This document shows, piece by piece, positions 1 to 12,359 of a stretch of DNA of 64,000 bases. The DNA is from Lama glama (Eukaryota). The notes under the pieces are model-generated. The model searched no databases, was not told the origin of the DNA, and worked only from the letters and a program-made list of their open reading frames with translations. A program made the position numbers and the translations under genes. The first letter of the stretch is position 1, and each line of letters opens with the position of its first letter. Location of the stretch: the NCBI GenBank assembly GCA_028534125.1, contig CM052817.1, positions 62,002,001 through 62,066,000 on the forward strand, given 5' to 3'.

Positions 1-419
1 ATGGACCTAGAGATCATCATTCTAAGTGAAGTAAGCCAGAAAGAAAGAAAAATAACATATGATATCACTCATCTGTTGAATCTTAAAAAAAAAAAAAGCA
101 CACTATGAACTCATCTATAAAACAGAAGCAGACTCGCAGACTTAGTACACAATCTTATAGTTACCAGGGAAGGGGGATGGGAGGAGATAAATTTGGGAGT
201 TTGAGATTTACAAATGTTAGCCACTATATATAAAAATAGATTTTTAAAAAGTTTTTTGTGTATAGCACAGGGAACTGTGTTCAATATCTTGTAATAACCT
301 TTAATGGAAAAAATATGAAAATGAATGTACGTATGTATATATATGGTTGGGACATTGTACTGTATACCAGAGACTGACACACTGTAACTGACTGTACTTC
401 AATTAAAAAATAAATAAAA
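1..419 (+). mobile_element. LINE-1 3' end (ORF2 tail, 3'UTR, A-rich tail), continuing off the window start
   Basis: Contains the ORF2 C-terminal motif atggacctagagatcatcattctaagtgaagtaagccag. Its 3'UTR closely resembles 3610-4027 and ends ttcaattaaaaaataaataaaa. Confidence 0.9.
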
Positions 420-1080
420 CCATATGGCAAAACCAGGAGCTACTTTCATATAAACTCAGGGATGTTAAAAAGAAATGTAAGTAGGTGCACATCACAATAG
501 AACATCCATCACTGCCTTCTGAATAAGTATGCTATTTTATAGTATTATTAAATAAAAACAGTAATCTGTTATTAACGTTAAGTTTCTTGTATCAGCGATA
601 TCAGACATGTATGCTTAGTTATTTTCAATAGTGAAAAGTGCTCAAAGTCATCTATCCTTTCTTGTTCAATGCAATCCATACCTTTTACATACCTAAGGAC
701 TCCAGTATTTAATTTTGTTTCTCAATTAACACTGTGCTTTTAAACCAATAATGTCCAACTTCTTTCTGGGTTATCAAATGACTCTGATGGTTTTTAATTA
801 CCCTTTAATAGTGTATTCTAGTGAAGTAACATCAATTTTTCTGGAAGTCCTTAATTTGAAAGTAGTGTCTCCAGTGTAAGAACTACTTTTTTCAGGTCAA
901 TGAGGATATATCCAGTGTAATGTATACATGATATATGTTATCAACTTCAATATCAACTGTGTGTGGATGGCTTAAAAATCTACTGGAGTTTCTGAAATTG
1001 CTTAAAGACCCCAACCTTATTTCACAAATGAAGTTACATACTATCATATAATGAAGTCAATTTATTAAACAGTTTAAATA

Positions 1081-1184
1081 TGAAATATGAAAACAAATAT
1101 ATTTATGTATACGCATGACTGGGACATTGTGCTGTACACCAGAAACTGACACATTATAACTGATGGTACTTCAAAAAAAAAAAA
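1081..1184 (+). mobile_element. Short LINE-1 3'-terminal fragment with poly(A)
   Basis: catgactgggacattgtgctgtacaccagaaactgacacattataactga...A12 matches the L1 ends elsewhere in the window. Confidence 0.85.
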
Positions 1185-1326
1185 GTATAGTTGCAAGGAC
1201 AGAGTAATATGTAGAAGATAAGCAACTGAGAAATAATGCAAAAGTGTAATTCAGTTCCAAATCTCTGTGTTTTCAAAATCCTTTTATATATGCACTTGGT
1301 TTACTGGCTATAAGTAACTCTTGCAC

Positions 1327-1361
1327 CTAGGGTTTTATACAACTAGGGTTTTATACAACTA
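1327..1361. repeat. Perfect 16-bp tandem duplication (ctagggttttatacaa x2)
   Basis: Read directly from the sequence. A second, near-perfect 16-bp duplication follows at about 1385-1416. Confidence 0.9.
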
Positions 1362-1912
1362 TTTTATGAAAATCTTTTTCTTGGTAATCTAATTTAAATC
1401 TAATCTAATTTGAATCAATGTGACCAAATTCCCAGGGCAGGCCAGTGATACTGCTACATCTCAAACCCCAAGACGAGAGTCCTGTTTTCAAGATCATGCA
1501 GTTGTTCTAGCCAGTCTGCAACATTCCTTTTTTAAAAAGTCATTTACAATTACAACATGATAAAACACTAAGTATAAAGAATATGGAGGAAGAAAGCACA
1601 TTAAAAAAGAAAAAAATTACTTGTAATCTCACTAGCATAAATGCATAAATTTCACTCATCTTTTTCCTAAGCTTATTTTTATATGGTTATGACTAAATGC
1701 ATATATAAATCCATATTCTGCTTTTACATGTTAAACCATCAAAAATATTTTAGTGGCTATATGATATTCCACCTTATGAATATGTATTACTTAATCACTG
1801 ATATAACATTGGACTTTAAGATTTTGCATTTTTACAATAAAATGCAAAGAATATAAACATATTTGGCACATATATTTTAGGTATTCACAATTACTTAAAA
1901 TTTATCCATTGA

Positions 1913-2515
1913 GGATTAAAGACTTAAACATAAGACAAGATACAATAAACCTCCTAGAGGAAAACATAGGCAAAACATTATCTGACATACATTTCAAAAA
2001 TTTTCTCCTANNNNNNNNNNNNNNNNNNNNNNNNNNNNNNNNNNNNNNNNNNNNNNNNNNNNNNNNNNNNNNNNNNNNNNNNNNNNNNNNNNNNNNNNNN
2101 NNNNNNNNNNNNNNNNNNNNNNNNNNNNNNNNNNNNNNNNNNNNNNNNNNNNNNNNNNNNNNNNNNNNNNNNNNNNNNNNNNNNNNNNNNNNNNNNNNNN
2201 NNNNNNNNNNNNNNNNNNNNNNNNNNNNNNNNNNNNNNNNNNNNNNNNNNNNNNNNNNNNNNNNNNNNNNNNNNNNNNNNNNNNNNNNNNNNNNNNNNNN
2301 NNNNNNNNNNNNNNNNNNNNNNNNNNNNNNNNNNNNNNNNNNNNNNNNNNNNNNNNNNNNNNNNNNNNNNNNNNNNNNNNNNNNNNNNNNNNNNNNNNNN
2401 NNNNNNNNNNNNNNNNNNNNNNNNNNNNNNNNNNNNNNNNNNNNNNNNNNNNNNNNNNNNNNNNNNNNNNNNNNNNNNNNNNNNNNNNNNNNNNNNNNNN
2501 NNNNNNNNNNAAAAA
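1913..2515 (+). mobile_element. 5'-truncated young LINE-1 spanning the assembly gap
   Basis: ORF2 fragment [25 protein letters not shown], then 500 N, then an A run. A perfect 16-bp TSD aaaatttatccattga lies at 1897-1912 and 2516-2531, at a TT/AAAA site. Confidence 0.9.
2011..2510. other. Assembly gap (500 N)
   Basis: A run of exactly 500 N. Confidence 1.
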
Positions 2516-2751
2516 AAAATTTATCCATTGACATAGAATTACAGTATCAAAGGATATAAATAATTATAAAGCTCTTAACTCATTGTCAAATTGCTTCCCC
2601 AAATAATCATAAAAATCTGTATTCCCATTTGCAAAATACAAGAGATTCTACTTTACTGCACATTTGCTAACATTTAGCATTATTATATCTTCAAAATACT
2701 GAATAATTTTGTAAATAATCCTCAAAGTCTTTTGATTAAAAACTTCAGTTG

Positions 2752-4027
2752 TCCTTACACAAAAACTCAAAATAGCTTAAAGACTTAAATATAAGACAAG
2801 ACATGATAAATCTAGAAGAAAACATAGGCAAAACATTCTCTGACATAAATCTTAGCAATGTTCTCCTAGGGCAGTCTACCCAGGAAGTAGAAATAAGAGC
2901 AAAAATAAATGGGACCAAATTAAACTTAAAAGCTTTTGCACAGCAAAGGAAACCGTAAGCAAAACAACAACTTACGGGATGGGAGAAAATATTTGCAAAT
3001 GATGTGACTGACAAAGGCTTAATTTCCAGAATATACAAACAGCTCATACAACTTAATAACAAACAAACAAACAAAAAAACCCAATCCAAAAATGAGCAGA
3101 GGACCTAAACAAGCAATTCCGCAATGAAAACACAAAAATGGCCAATAGGCACATGAAAAAATACTCAATATCGCTAATTATCAGAGAAATGCAAATCAAA
3201 ACTACAATGAGGTATCACCTCACACAAATCAGAATGGCCATCATTCAAAAGTCCATGAAAGATAAATGCTGGAGAGGGTGTGGAGGAAAGGGAACCCTTC
3301 TACACTGTTGGTGGGAATGTAGTTTGGTGTAGCCATTATGGAAAACAGTATGGAGATTCATCAAAAAACTAAAAATAGACCTACCATATAATCCAGCAAC
3401 CCCACTTCTCAGTATGTATCTGGAGGAACTTTTAATTTGAAAACATACACGCACCACAAAATGCATAGCAGCACTATATACAATAGCCAAGACATGGAAG
3501 GAACCTAAATGTCCAGCGACAGGTGACTGGATAAAGAAGTTGTGGTATATTTATACAATGGAATGCTACTCTGCCATAAAAGAGAATAAAATAATGCCAT
3601 TTACATTAACATGGATTGACCCAGGGATCATTCTAAGTGAAGTAAGGCAAAAAGAGAAAGAAAAATACCACATGATATCACTCAAATGTGGAATCTAAAA
3701 AAAAAAAAAAAAGAAAAAAAAGTACACTATGAATCTATCTACAAAACAGAAAGACTTGCAGACATAGTAAATAATCTTATGGTTACTGGGGCAAGGGAGT
3801 GGGAAGGGATAAATTCGGGAGTTTGAGATTTATAAATGTTAGCCACTAAATATAAAAACAGATTAAAAAACAAATTTCGTCTGTATAGCACCGGGAGCTA
3901 TATTCAATATCTTGTAGTAATCTTTAATGAAAAAGGATATGACAACAGATATATATAAGTATACGCATGACTGTATACCAGAAATTGACACATTATAACT
4001 GACTGTACTTCAATTTTAAAAAAAAAG
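2752..4027 (+). mobile_element. 5'-truncated LINE-1 (ORF2 C-terminus and 3'UTR)
   Basis: ORF2 remnant [16 protein letters not shown]...[14 protein letters not shown] (cysteine-rich region) and a poly(A). TSD aaaaact(c/t)tagttg-type: aaaaacttcagttg at 2738-2751 and aaaaactttagttg at 4028-4041. Confidence 0.93.
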
Positions 4028-6299
4028 AAAAACTTTAGTTGGCATTGAGGAAACACTTGGATTTCTAAGATGTCTTACACAAAAACTAATAGCCTGGTAA
4101 ACAATTGAGAAAACTTTTGATTAATAATTCAAAAGAAAATTAAGCATTCTAAAAACAATAAAAGTTAAGAAAAATAAGAATCTAAATGAAAACTATGAGT
4201 AAAACCAATCTTTAATATATGTTACTTGGGTGTACTGGGAAGTGGAATTGAATTAAGAATGGCCCAATCAGATAATCAAAGCCATTAACTGGACATTTTA
4301 AAATAAAGATTGAACCATACTGTAAGTTCCAATTCTTCACTTTCAGTCCTTCACTACAGTTATGATTTAAGTATGTCTCTCACAAATGTTATAAAACTGA
4401 ATTTTTTCCTTTAATTTTGAATTATCTTTAATAGGTAGGTTTAATTCATTCACATTATTATCCTTGATATATGATAATGGTAATATATACCATCTTGTTT
4501 TCAATTTTAACTACACTTTTTTTTTTGCTACTTTCCTGCTCTTAAAAATCTTATTCTGAATTTATATATTCAACCTTTATGTAGTCAGTCTTGACATTTT
4601 AACTGGAACACTTGAATCAGTAAAGTCTAATGCAAATAGCATTGCTGTTCTTTTCCTGAATATACAAAAATTAGAACATTATAACTTCCCATATTCTGTG
4701 TTAATGTTGTCTATACTTTAGTTTCATCTTATTTTCAACTGTCCCTTAATTGGTCCCTCTTTTTTTTAAAAGAATCAATTTTTACATTTTTCATAATTTA
4801 TTGAGAGTTTGTGAGTAGTAAGCCCTCCCTATTTTGCCTGGAAAACTTTTAATTTTGCTTTCTTGAATAATATAGTTGAGACTTTTCTCATTCTATTTTC
4901 CATGTGTTATAACCGATCTTTTATATAATCACTCACTTTATCTTTCCTCCCTGTATTCAGAAAAGTTTCATGAGATCTACATTCCAGTTCACTAATTTTA
5001 GGTTCAGAGTTATATAAAGCTGTCTCTTACGTGATCTGATTTTTAGACTTCCATTGAATTTTAACTTTCAGTGGATCACATTCCATTTGATTTTTCCCTA
5101 AATCTGTCTGCCCTTTTCACCATATTCTATTTTTTCATTTGTGCTTACGAAAGGTTTATCTTTTTATTTATTTTATAGCCTAATTCAGATTACTCTAGCA
5201 GCCCATGTTATTAGAGTACTAACTCACCTATTTATTATGTTGCCAACTCTCCCTTGCAGCAGACTATTCCCTCTGGGTGACATAAAACTTTGTATTTGAA
5301 GTTCATTTTCAGGAGTGGGCTATTTTTATCATAGACCAATGCCCTTGAGTTGTGGAAAGAACTCTAAAGAATGGCTTGCTGTTCACTTCTGCTGGTACTC
5401 CAGGAGCGTTACCAAGTATGTAAGTTACATATACTTGGGTATTTCGCTCCCTCTGCCTTAGACTCCCTATCCAGACTGGGTGTAGGGTTGTGGTTTTACT
5501 TAAGACTTCACTTTTCTTTTCTTTACCATGAATTTTCCTGTGGCTTCCCTGGGCTGATGAGTAGAGAATTTCCAGCTATTCTTTATGATGGGGGCAGCCA
5601 CTTAAGAGACCAGTTTTATTCAGAGTTCTCACTTTCAACTCCCAGCCTCAGAACTGAAACCCTAACTGCCACCCGCTAGACCTACCTCCATGTCCAATGC
5701 TCCTCTTGGTTGTTCTGGTGTCCACTCATTCAGGTACTTCTCTAGATTTGAGTCCCTACTTCATTTCTAGCACTTGAGCATTTCTTTATCTTTCTTTAGA
5801 ATTTGATAGCCTCTCTCTCACACACACACACTCCAGGAGTGTGTGTATGTATTTTAAGTTTTAATATTTTACCCAGTATTTCTACATATTTTGAGTCAAA
5901 GGTGTCTATAATGAGGAAAGTGGCTAAGGAAGAAATTTATTTGAATATGATTATTTTAAACAAATTACTGAATAGGCATTGACTAACATTTTCTATATAT
6001 TTAACTCTGTATTACTCCTAAGTACCAATTTGGGTTATAAAATATACTACACTACAGTGTACATTTTGTAGCCAGTTAAAGGATATGAAGATCAACGTGG
6101 CTGGAGCAGTGAGGGAAGATTTAATGGGTTGGAGTCCTTATGCCCTCCTGTAATGCCATCATCACCCTAAAGCATTTTTCTGCCTGGGTCCCTCTGCAGA
6201 CCGAGTCCCCTCTGGGAAAAGACAGTGTTTGTTCAATATTGTTCTCCTGTCTTGCACAATGTCTGGCATGTAATGGGCACTTGATAAATATTTGTTAAG

Positions 6300-6595
6300 C
6301 ACAAAAAAAGTGAATATAATAAAACAGAAACAAACTCACAGATAAAGAGATTACAGATAGTGGTTACCAGTGTGGAGAGGGAAACCAGGAGGGGCAAGAT
6401 AGGAGTAGTGGATTAAGAGATACAAACTACTATGTATAAAATAAATAAGCTACAAGGATATATTATTGTACAGCACAGGATATATTGCCAATATTTTATA
6501 ATAATTTTAAATGGAGTATAACCTATAAAAATATTGAATCACTATGTTGTACACCTGAAACTAATACTGTAAATCAACTATATTTCAATAAAATG
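6300..6595 (+). mobile_element. Older LINE-1 3'UTR fragment
   Basis: Similar to the 3'UTR at 34670-34960 (gattaagag.tacaaactact...cacctgaaactaata). It is preceded by an L2-like tail at about 6220-6298. Confidence 0.8.
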
Positions 6596-7363
6596 TTTAA
6601 TTTTTTATTTAAAAATATACACTATACTATGTTATCTAGGTAACTCTGAATTCTACTGACATCCATTATGAACTCTGAATTTATTCTTCCTAGCAGCATA
6701 TCTACATTTGTATCTGAATCATATGTAGACAATTTTGAGTAGATTCAGAGGCTGTGTTGCCTACTTAATTCAATGGTAAATAGACTAGCATTATTTTGAG
6801 ATAATATTTCAATACTGGTAAAAAGCTATTTACCAGTGCATTGAAGACACTAATTCTCCTAAAGTAAGTAAACATTAAATGATAATTCCTAATTGCCAGC
6901 TGAAGCTTTCTAGCTATCTTTTCTACTCCCATTCTTTTTCTTAATAAAGACCTGACCCTCTTGCAACCTTGGTATTTTCACTATTAGAAAGTCTTTTGTT
7001 CCAAAATAAGGATCAAGAACATTATTATTTCTTTGTCAGTAATGATATACCAGAAACACCCAGCTTACTGGTAAACAGAAACTATAGCTTTCACGGTAAA
7101 ATACTACAGTTATACAGCACAACAATTTCTCAGGTTATCACTGAGGAACTCGATAACAGCACAGACTACAATTCCCTTTTGCACTAGAGCAGATACAGGA
7201 GGGCAGATAAACGACTTTCCTGACTTAAGTTACTATAGGAAATCAGAATTGTAAAAAAAAAAATAGCTTTTTAACTGATTTTAATTCAAACACCCGAATG
7301 TTTCAGTCTAATAGGAGACTTGATAAAGAAATAAAAACAAACAACAAAAAACCCCTCTTGTAA

Positions 7364-7555
7364 GGGGGAGGGCATAGCTCAAACTATAGAGCACATGCCC
7401 AGCATGCAGGAGGTCCTGGGTTCAATCCCTGGTATCTCCTCCAAAAATAAGTAAACCTAATTACCTCCCCCTTCAAAAAAAAAAAAAAATCAAAAAACCC
7501 AAAAGCCCAAAACTAAAAAAAGAGAGATTATCAAAAAAACCAAACAAACAAAAAT
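7364..7555 (+). mobile_element. tRNA-derived SINE, camelid Vic-1-like
   Basis: ggggagggcatagctca...ggtcctgggttcaatccc provides A and B boxes, followed by aaacctaattacctccccc and an A-rich tail. Flanked by aaacccctc(t/a)tg, a probable TSD. Confidence 0.85.
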
Positions 7556-7649
7556 AAACCCCTCATGGCCTCATTCCCCTTCCTTATTTACACACACACC
7601 TTGTGCCATCATTATAGGTAAATATGCAATCATTAAAAAAATTCTATTA

Positions 7650-7712
7650 ATGCAGTAAGAAATAAATTAGATGCAGTAAGAAATAAGTTAGATGCAGTAA
7701 GAAGTTAGATGC
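7650..7712. repeat. 21-bp minisatellite, about 3 copies (atgcagtaagaaataa(a/g)ttag)
   Basis: Two full units and a third unit with a 4-bp deletion, read directly. Confidence 0.9.
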
Positions 7713-9350
7713 TATATCATGAAAGTCTTAATTTGAATATGTCATGCTTGTAGTTAACAAATGTCACAATTTAGAATGTGTCATTTTGTGTAACTAAGGC
7801 CCAGTGTTCCGTCTTGCAGCACGGTGCTCCTTGTTAAATAGGTTGCTTTGGGAATTTCAAAATACGCATAATAGAAACAGGAGGCATTAAATCACCCATG
7901 CTGAAATATAATATTGACAGGAGAAACTTCAAATATTGCTATTTTTTTGATCACTTGAATCAATTTGGTCAACACTAGAAGAACACTAAATCAAAAATGT
8001 TAAAAAGTTAACTTGTGTATAGTATGTTTTCATTTTAAGCCTTAACTCACACTAACACCTAGAGGAACAAACCTTGTACCTCTGGATAAATGGTCAGTAA
8101 AACAGTTGTATTCTTTCCATTCTTTTGTTTCTCTACAGATTTAGTGAGATGCACAGTAGCAGTCCCCAAACCACAAACAGAAGCTGTGCTTTACCACACT
8201 CAGCTGCAGCCTGTCCTCAATACCATGAACTGTGGACAGAAAAATAAGTCTCATAGGATTTTTATTCCATGTCAGCAACATAATTACCTATTTGTATTTT
8301 AAGTAAGGTTTCTTTTTAAAGGTCCCTGTGTGTACAGACTCTGGAAGGTAAACAGAACTTTATAAATATGGTGAAAATAAAATATCTTATTCTTAAATGA
8401 CAAATACAATTACTTCCATACAAATACACTTGGTTGCTTGTATTCCACAAGCAATTTGTAATGTGTTACAAGAAATGTCAACACTTGGCTGCCATTAATT
8501 AAGATCCAAAGATAGCACATTGTTTGATCCATTCATCCGTATAGGTGTGATTTCAAAACAATTCTTAGCACCTTAATTCATGGTCATGAAAAATGGTAAA
8601 TTTTGTATAGCTAAGGGCTCTTCAATAAAGGAGTAAGAGTTTGCAAGTATGGAAATCAAACTACCATCTCATTAAGAAACCCTAAGGAACAAAGCCATGA
8701 AAAATGGAGAATATTTAGCTTATAGCACCCACTATATTCCTAAGTCAATCTTCTATATCCAACTTTTTTAAAGACTTATGTTTTATAAACATTATTCCTT
8801 TTAGATAAACATAATGTATAACACAAACCCAGCATTTTCAAGGTCTTATGAAGATGTTCCCATGAAACACTTGTTGTAAACTGGTAAATCTGCCTGCAAA
8901 AATGTTTCTTATACATATATTTTAAATTCCATGGATGTTGGTTTAGTCACAGACACGAATTAGGAATAAATAGCTTATTTTTCATAAGTCACGTGACTCT
9001 GAAGAGTTTAAGGTGCCCTTTTGTGCGCTCTAATAAAACTGAGTAGCAGTCCCCTGCTTTGAAAAGAATGACAGCTCCTTCATGGAAATGACTAAATTAC
9101 CTTTTGCTCATGGGAAAGCAATACTGTGTGTGTCATTTGTTAACTGGACACAGTTATTATTCATTCTGGTTCCTGGGAGATCTGTTTTTCCAATGTTGAG
9201 AGAGACCTGGCATATTTGTATAGTATTGCATTTTGTTGTTGTTGTTGTTCAGGATTTTTCAGTTTTTAATGTCTCCTTCAAAGAAATCCAAATAGCTAAA
9301 CCTCAGACCCCCCCACCCCAAGTGTCTGTCAGTTGCTCAAACAGACTTAC

Positions 9351-9515
9351 TCTGCATGCACAGCCCATCAGTGCAGTTCTTGGATTGCAAGACGAGGCCA
9401 TCGCAGTCCTTGCCTCCGTTCTTGGGGGCTGGCGCTGTGCACTCCCTCCTGCGCCAGTGCGTGCACTCGGTCCCACAGGTAGACCACTTGCTCCATGAGG
9501 TCCACCTGCCATCCA
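9351..9515 (-). CDS. UNC5C: UNC5C internal coding exon (165 bp, probably exon 7; TSP1 repeat 2)
   Basis: ggcag|TG GAT GGC AGG TGG...ATG CAG A|gtaagt translates as (V)[54 protein letters not shown]; phase 1-1. Confidence 0.97.
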
Positions 9516-10059
9516 CTGCCACAAAAAAACCAGTATCAGACTAGGAGGTATCAAAAAGGAGAAGGAGCTTCTTGAGGGGAGAGGGGAGCAGAGATCAAGT
9601 ATAAATGAAACACTAAACACTGAAGAAAGTGCCCCACCCAGGAGTGCTACGTTCATTTTAACTGCTGGAAATAACGCATGCTCTACATAAATCGTGTGGG
9701 CTCTGCGAACTTTCCTCAAGAGGTGTGTGACTATTGCCTCACTGACCAACTAAGGGAAGCTTAATGGGACACGCAGAAAGCAAAGTTGTCACAGGGAGCT
9801 ATATAAAAGTAAACTGTGGTGGTGTCCCTTTTTCTTTATAAAGAGGAATCTTCTGGATTTTGGATTGAAAATTAGGGGACTTCTAAAAAGAAGATGCAAG
9901 ATTCCTTCATGGATAATGTCATGTGGCTTGTGCAAGTAAACCTGTGTGGGGTTAAGAAGAGGTTGGTAGACTGGGGAAGAAATCTATGTAGCCATCCATT
10001 TAGTCACCCACTCATTTATTAATCTATCTATGTATCAATCATCTATGTCCTATATACTG

Positions 10060-10164
10060 TTTTTTTTAAACATTTTTTATTGAGTTATAGTCACTTTACA
10101 ATGTTGTGTCAAATTCTAGTGTAGAGCACAATTTCAGTTATACATGGGCATACATATATTCATT
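10060..10164 (-). mobile_element. Short LINE-1 3'-terminal fragment, same orientation as UNC5C
   Basis: ttttttattgagttatagtcactttacaatgttgtgtcaaattctagtgtagagcacaa is the reverse complement of an L1 end. Flanked by tatactg(t/c)tttt repeats. Confidence 0.8.
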
Positions 10165-10481
10165 TATACTGCTTTTATTTTGTATTTCCATCCTTGTTGC
10201 TTGATTCTGCAGAGCTTCTTGAAAAGACTATTATTTTCCATTTATTATTTGCGGATTCCATTACATTATTTGATGATATATGTACATTTCTATTTTTATT
10301 TTAAAAATAATATTTAAGAATATTCCTAATTTTTTGTTGTGATTCAGTCATTTAGAATAGACTCACTTTCTTCTTAATTTTGGTGCTTGGTTTGTTAGTA
10401 AAGTTTAAAAACAAAACAAATTCTAATGAGAAAATATATAGTGAATTTCACTAAGATCAAACTTCAAAATGTATTCTTTGT

Positions 10482-10630
10482 GGGTGAGGGTATAGCTCAG
10501 TGGGTAGAGCACATGCTTAGCATGCACGAGGTCATGGGTTTGATTCCAAGTACCTCTGTTAAATAAAAAATAAATAAACCTCATTGTCTCCCCCCACAAA
10601 AAACAAAAAAAATTTTAAATAAATTTAAAA
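10482..10630 (+). mobile_element. tRNA-derived SINE, camelid Vic-1-like
   Basis: gggtgagggtatagctcagtgggtagagcacatgcttagcatgcacgaggtcatgggtttgattcc, then aaacctcattgtctccccc and an A-rich tail. Homologous to the copy at 7364. Confidence 0.85.
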
Positions 10631-12191
10631 AATAATGAAGTGCTTTCTTTAAAGGTTCTTATATAAATAAAAGGAAAATATTGGAATAGTTAAATTTTTA
10701 AAAATTTTTCTTGAAATACAGAATTATATAGAGTTCAGTGTAAGACAGTATCAAATATCATTTACTGAACATGCAATACACATAACATGTTATACCTGCA
10801 TATTGATAGAAAGTTTATGAATTTCAACAGCCTATAAAGTTTGAGAAAGCTATGTGATTTCATATTCAAATTATTGTGTAAATATATTATGCATAATATG
10901 TACAGAGATATAAATATGCCCACATGAAAAAATGATGAAAGCATTAATATTTCAATTGTACTGAGGTGTCTATATAAGCAACTCCCAGCTATCTGGAGAA
11001 AAGACATTTGCTTTGACCTGTACCACTCCAAAGTACACACACACACACACGTACACACACACACATATAAATACACATGTATTTCTATTTCAATTTAAAA
11101 TTGCTCTGTGTATTTCAAATTATGAGAATCAGTATGTAGATAGAATATAAGAGAGTACAAGATAAAATTCTGAAATTCTTAGCCTAGCTAAGTGTCAAAA
11201 TTTGTTCCATAAATAAAAGCTCTCAAAGGGTCCAGCATGGGATACTGTTTTGACATTTGGAAATTAACATAGGAATAAAATATAATAATGTTTTTCTTTC
11301 CAGTTCATCTATCCAACCCATCTCTGACAAAGGTTCTACTGAAGGATAAACTGGACAAAAGTTAGGCAAAATAAAGAGAAGTAACGAGTTTGTATCTTAA
11401 TAATGAAAGTGAGAATATAATAGCTACCCCAATGGGGTACACTAAATTTATGGGTTATTTCAAAATAACTTTAGCTTAACTTTTCAATATACTGTATACT
11501 AAGACATTTTAATGAGTTTTGGTTTTGGCAAATATTAACTTCAATTTCCCAATGGATGCGAGCTCGTGACAATACAGCACAGAAGATGCTCAGAGGTGGG
11601 GGGATGCAATAGGTACCACTGCAAATAACTCACATACCAGGTGACCAACATGTACAGATAATAAAGAGCTGACTGCACTGTATTTTCAAAATCCATTAGT
11701 TCATGTGTCACAAAGCTTAGACTTTCTCTTAATTCATTCCAAATGTTTTATTTGCCCTTGCCCAGAAACTGACACCAAATATCAAGTATTTCAGCCTAAA
11801 ATGTTCTCTAAATTTCAGTTCCAATGAATTTCTATGGCCTTCTGAAGATCAAGGGTTGTTATCCTAAATGTGTGGTTTTCAATGTTGCTCAAATGTCCTG
11901 AATTACAGAACCTGCAATCTTGGCTTCAATAATTTTGTTGAGTAATAGAGGATTGTATTCATGTGTGTTTAATCTCCTGTTTTATACTATTTGCATGTTT
12001 GGGTTATAAAATTATGTAATCTTCTGAGGGAAAAGACTTGATTTCCCAGCAATGTAAGCACTGAATGCTATGATAGATTTGAATAATGTTTATCACACAT
12101 TTAGGTCAAGAATAAGGCTTTTTATGTAGACCCTAAAATTTATTTCCAGGATGGGTGGAGACATTTGGAGTGAGAGCAGTGGTTTATTTAC

Positions 12192-12359
12192 CTGGGCACA
12201 ACGTGGTGCAGGCTATTTTCTGCACACTCTGACCTTCACAGAAGGCACCACCATTGAGGGGGGCTGGGTTGGTGCAGGTCCTTGTGCGCTTCTGATACCC
12301 TCGTCCACAGCGGCTGTTACACACAGACCACTCTGTCCAGGTGGACCAGCCTCCGTTTA
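12192..12359 (-). CDS. UNC5C: UNC5C internal coding exon (168 bp, probably exon 6; TSP1 repeat 1)
   Basis: ttgcag|TA AAC GGA GGC TGG...TGC CCA G|gtaaat translates as (V)[55 protein letters not shown]. WxxWxxW TSP1 signature; phase 1-1. Confidence 0.97.

Noticed and set aside
1902..2559. 210-216 aa ORFs
   Set aside because: Artefacts of translating through 500 N.
4400..5900. Possible ancient antisense L1 remnant
   Set aside because: The T-rich texture is suggestive but too degraded to define by eye.
7364..7440. tRNA-like sequence (also at 10482-10556)
   Set aside because: It continues into a SINE body and A-rich tail, and the two copies are diverged. These are SINE heads, not tRNA genes.
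7650..7712. Short direct repeats resembling a CRISPR array (also 43282-43505)
   Set aside because: They are head-to-tail with no unique spacers, in mammalian DNA with no cas genes.
1..9350. UNC5C alternative mini-exon (SFIYPISTE...-type) and transmembrane exon downstream of TSP1-2
   Set aside because: I found no matching sequence by eye; these probably lie beyond the window start. The preceding exon was likewise not found in 55012-64000.
9082..9749. 138-aa and 148-aa ORFs overlapping the TSP1 exon
   Set aside because: Alternative-frame or antisense shadows of a GC-rich exon, with no recognisable protein features.
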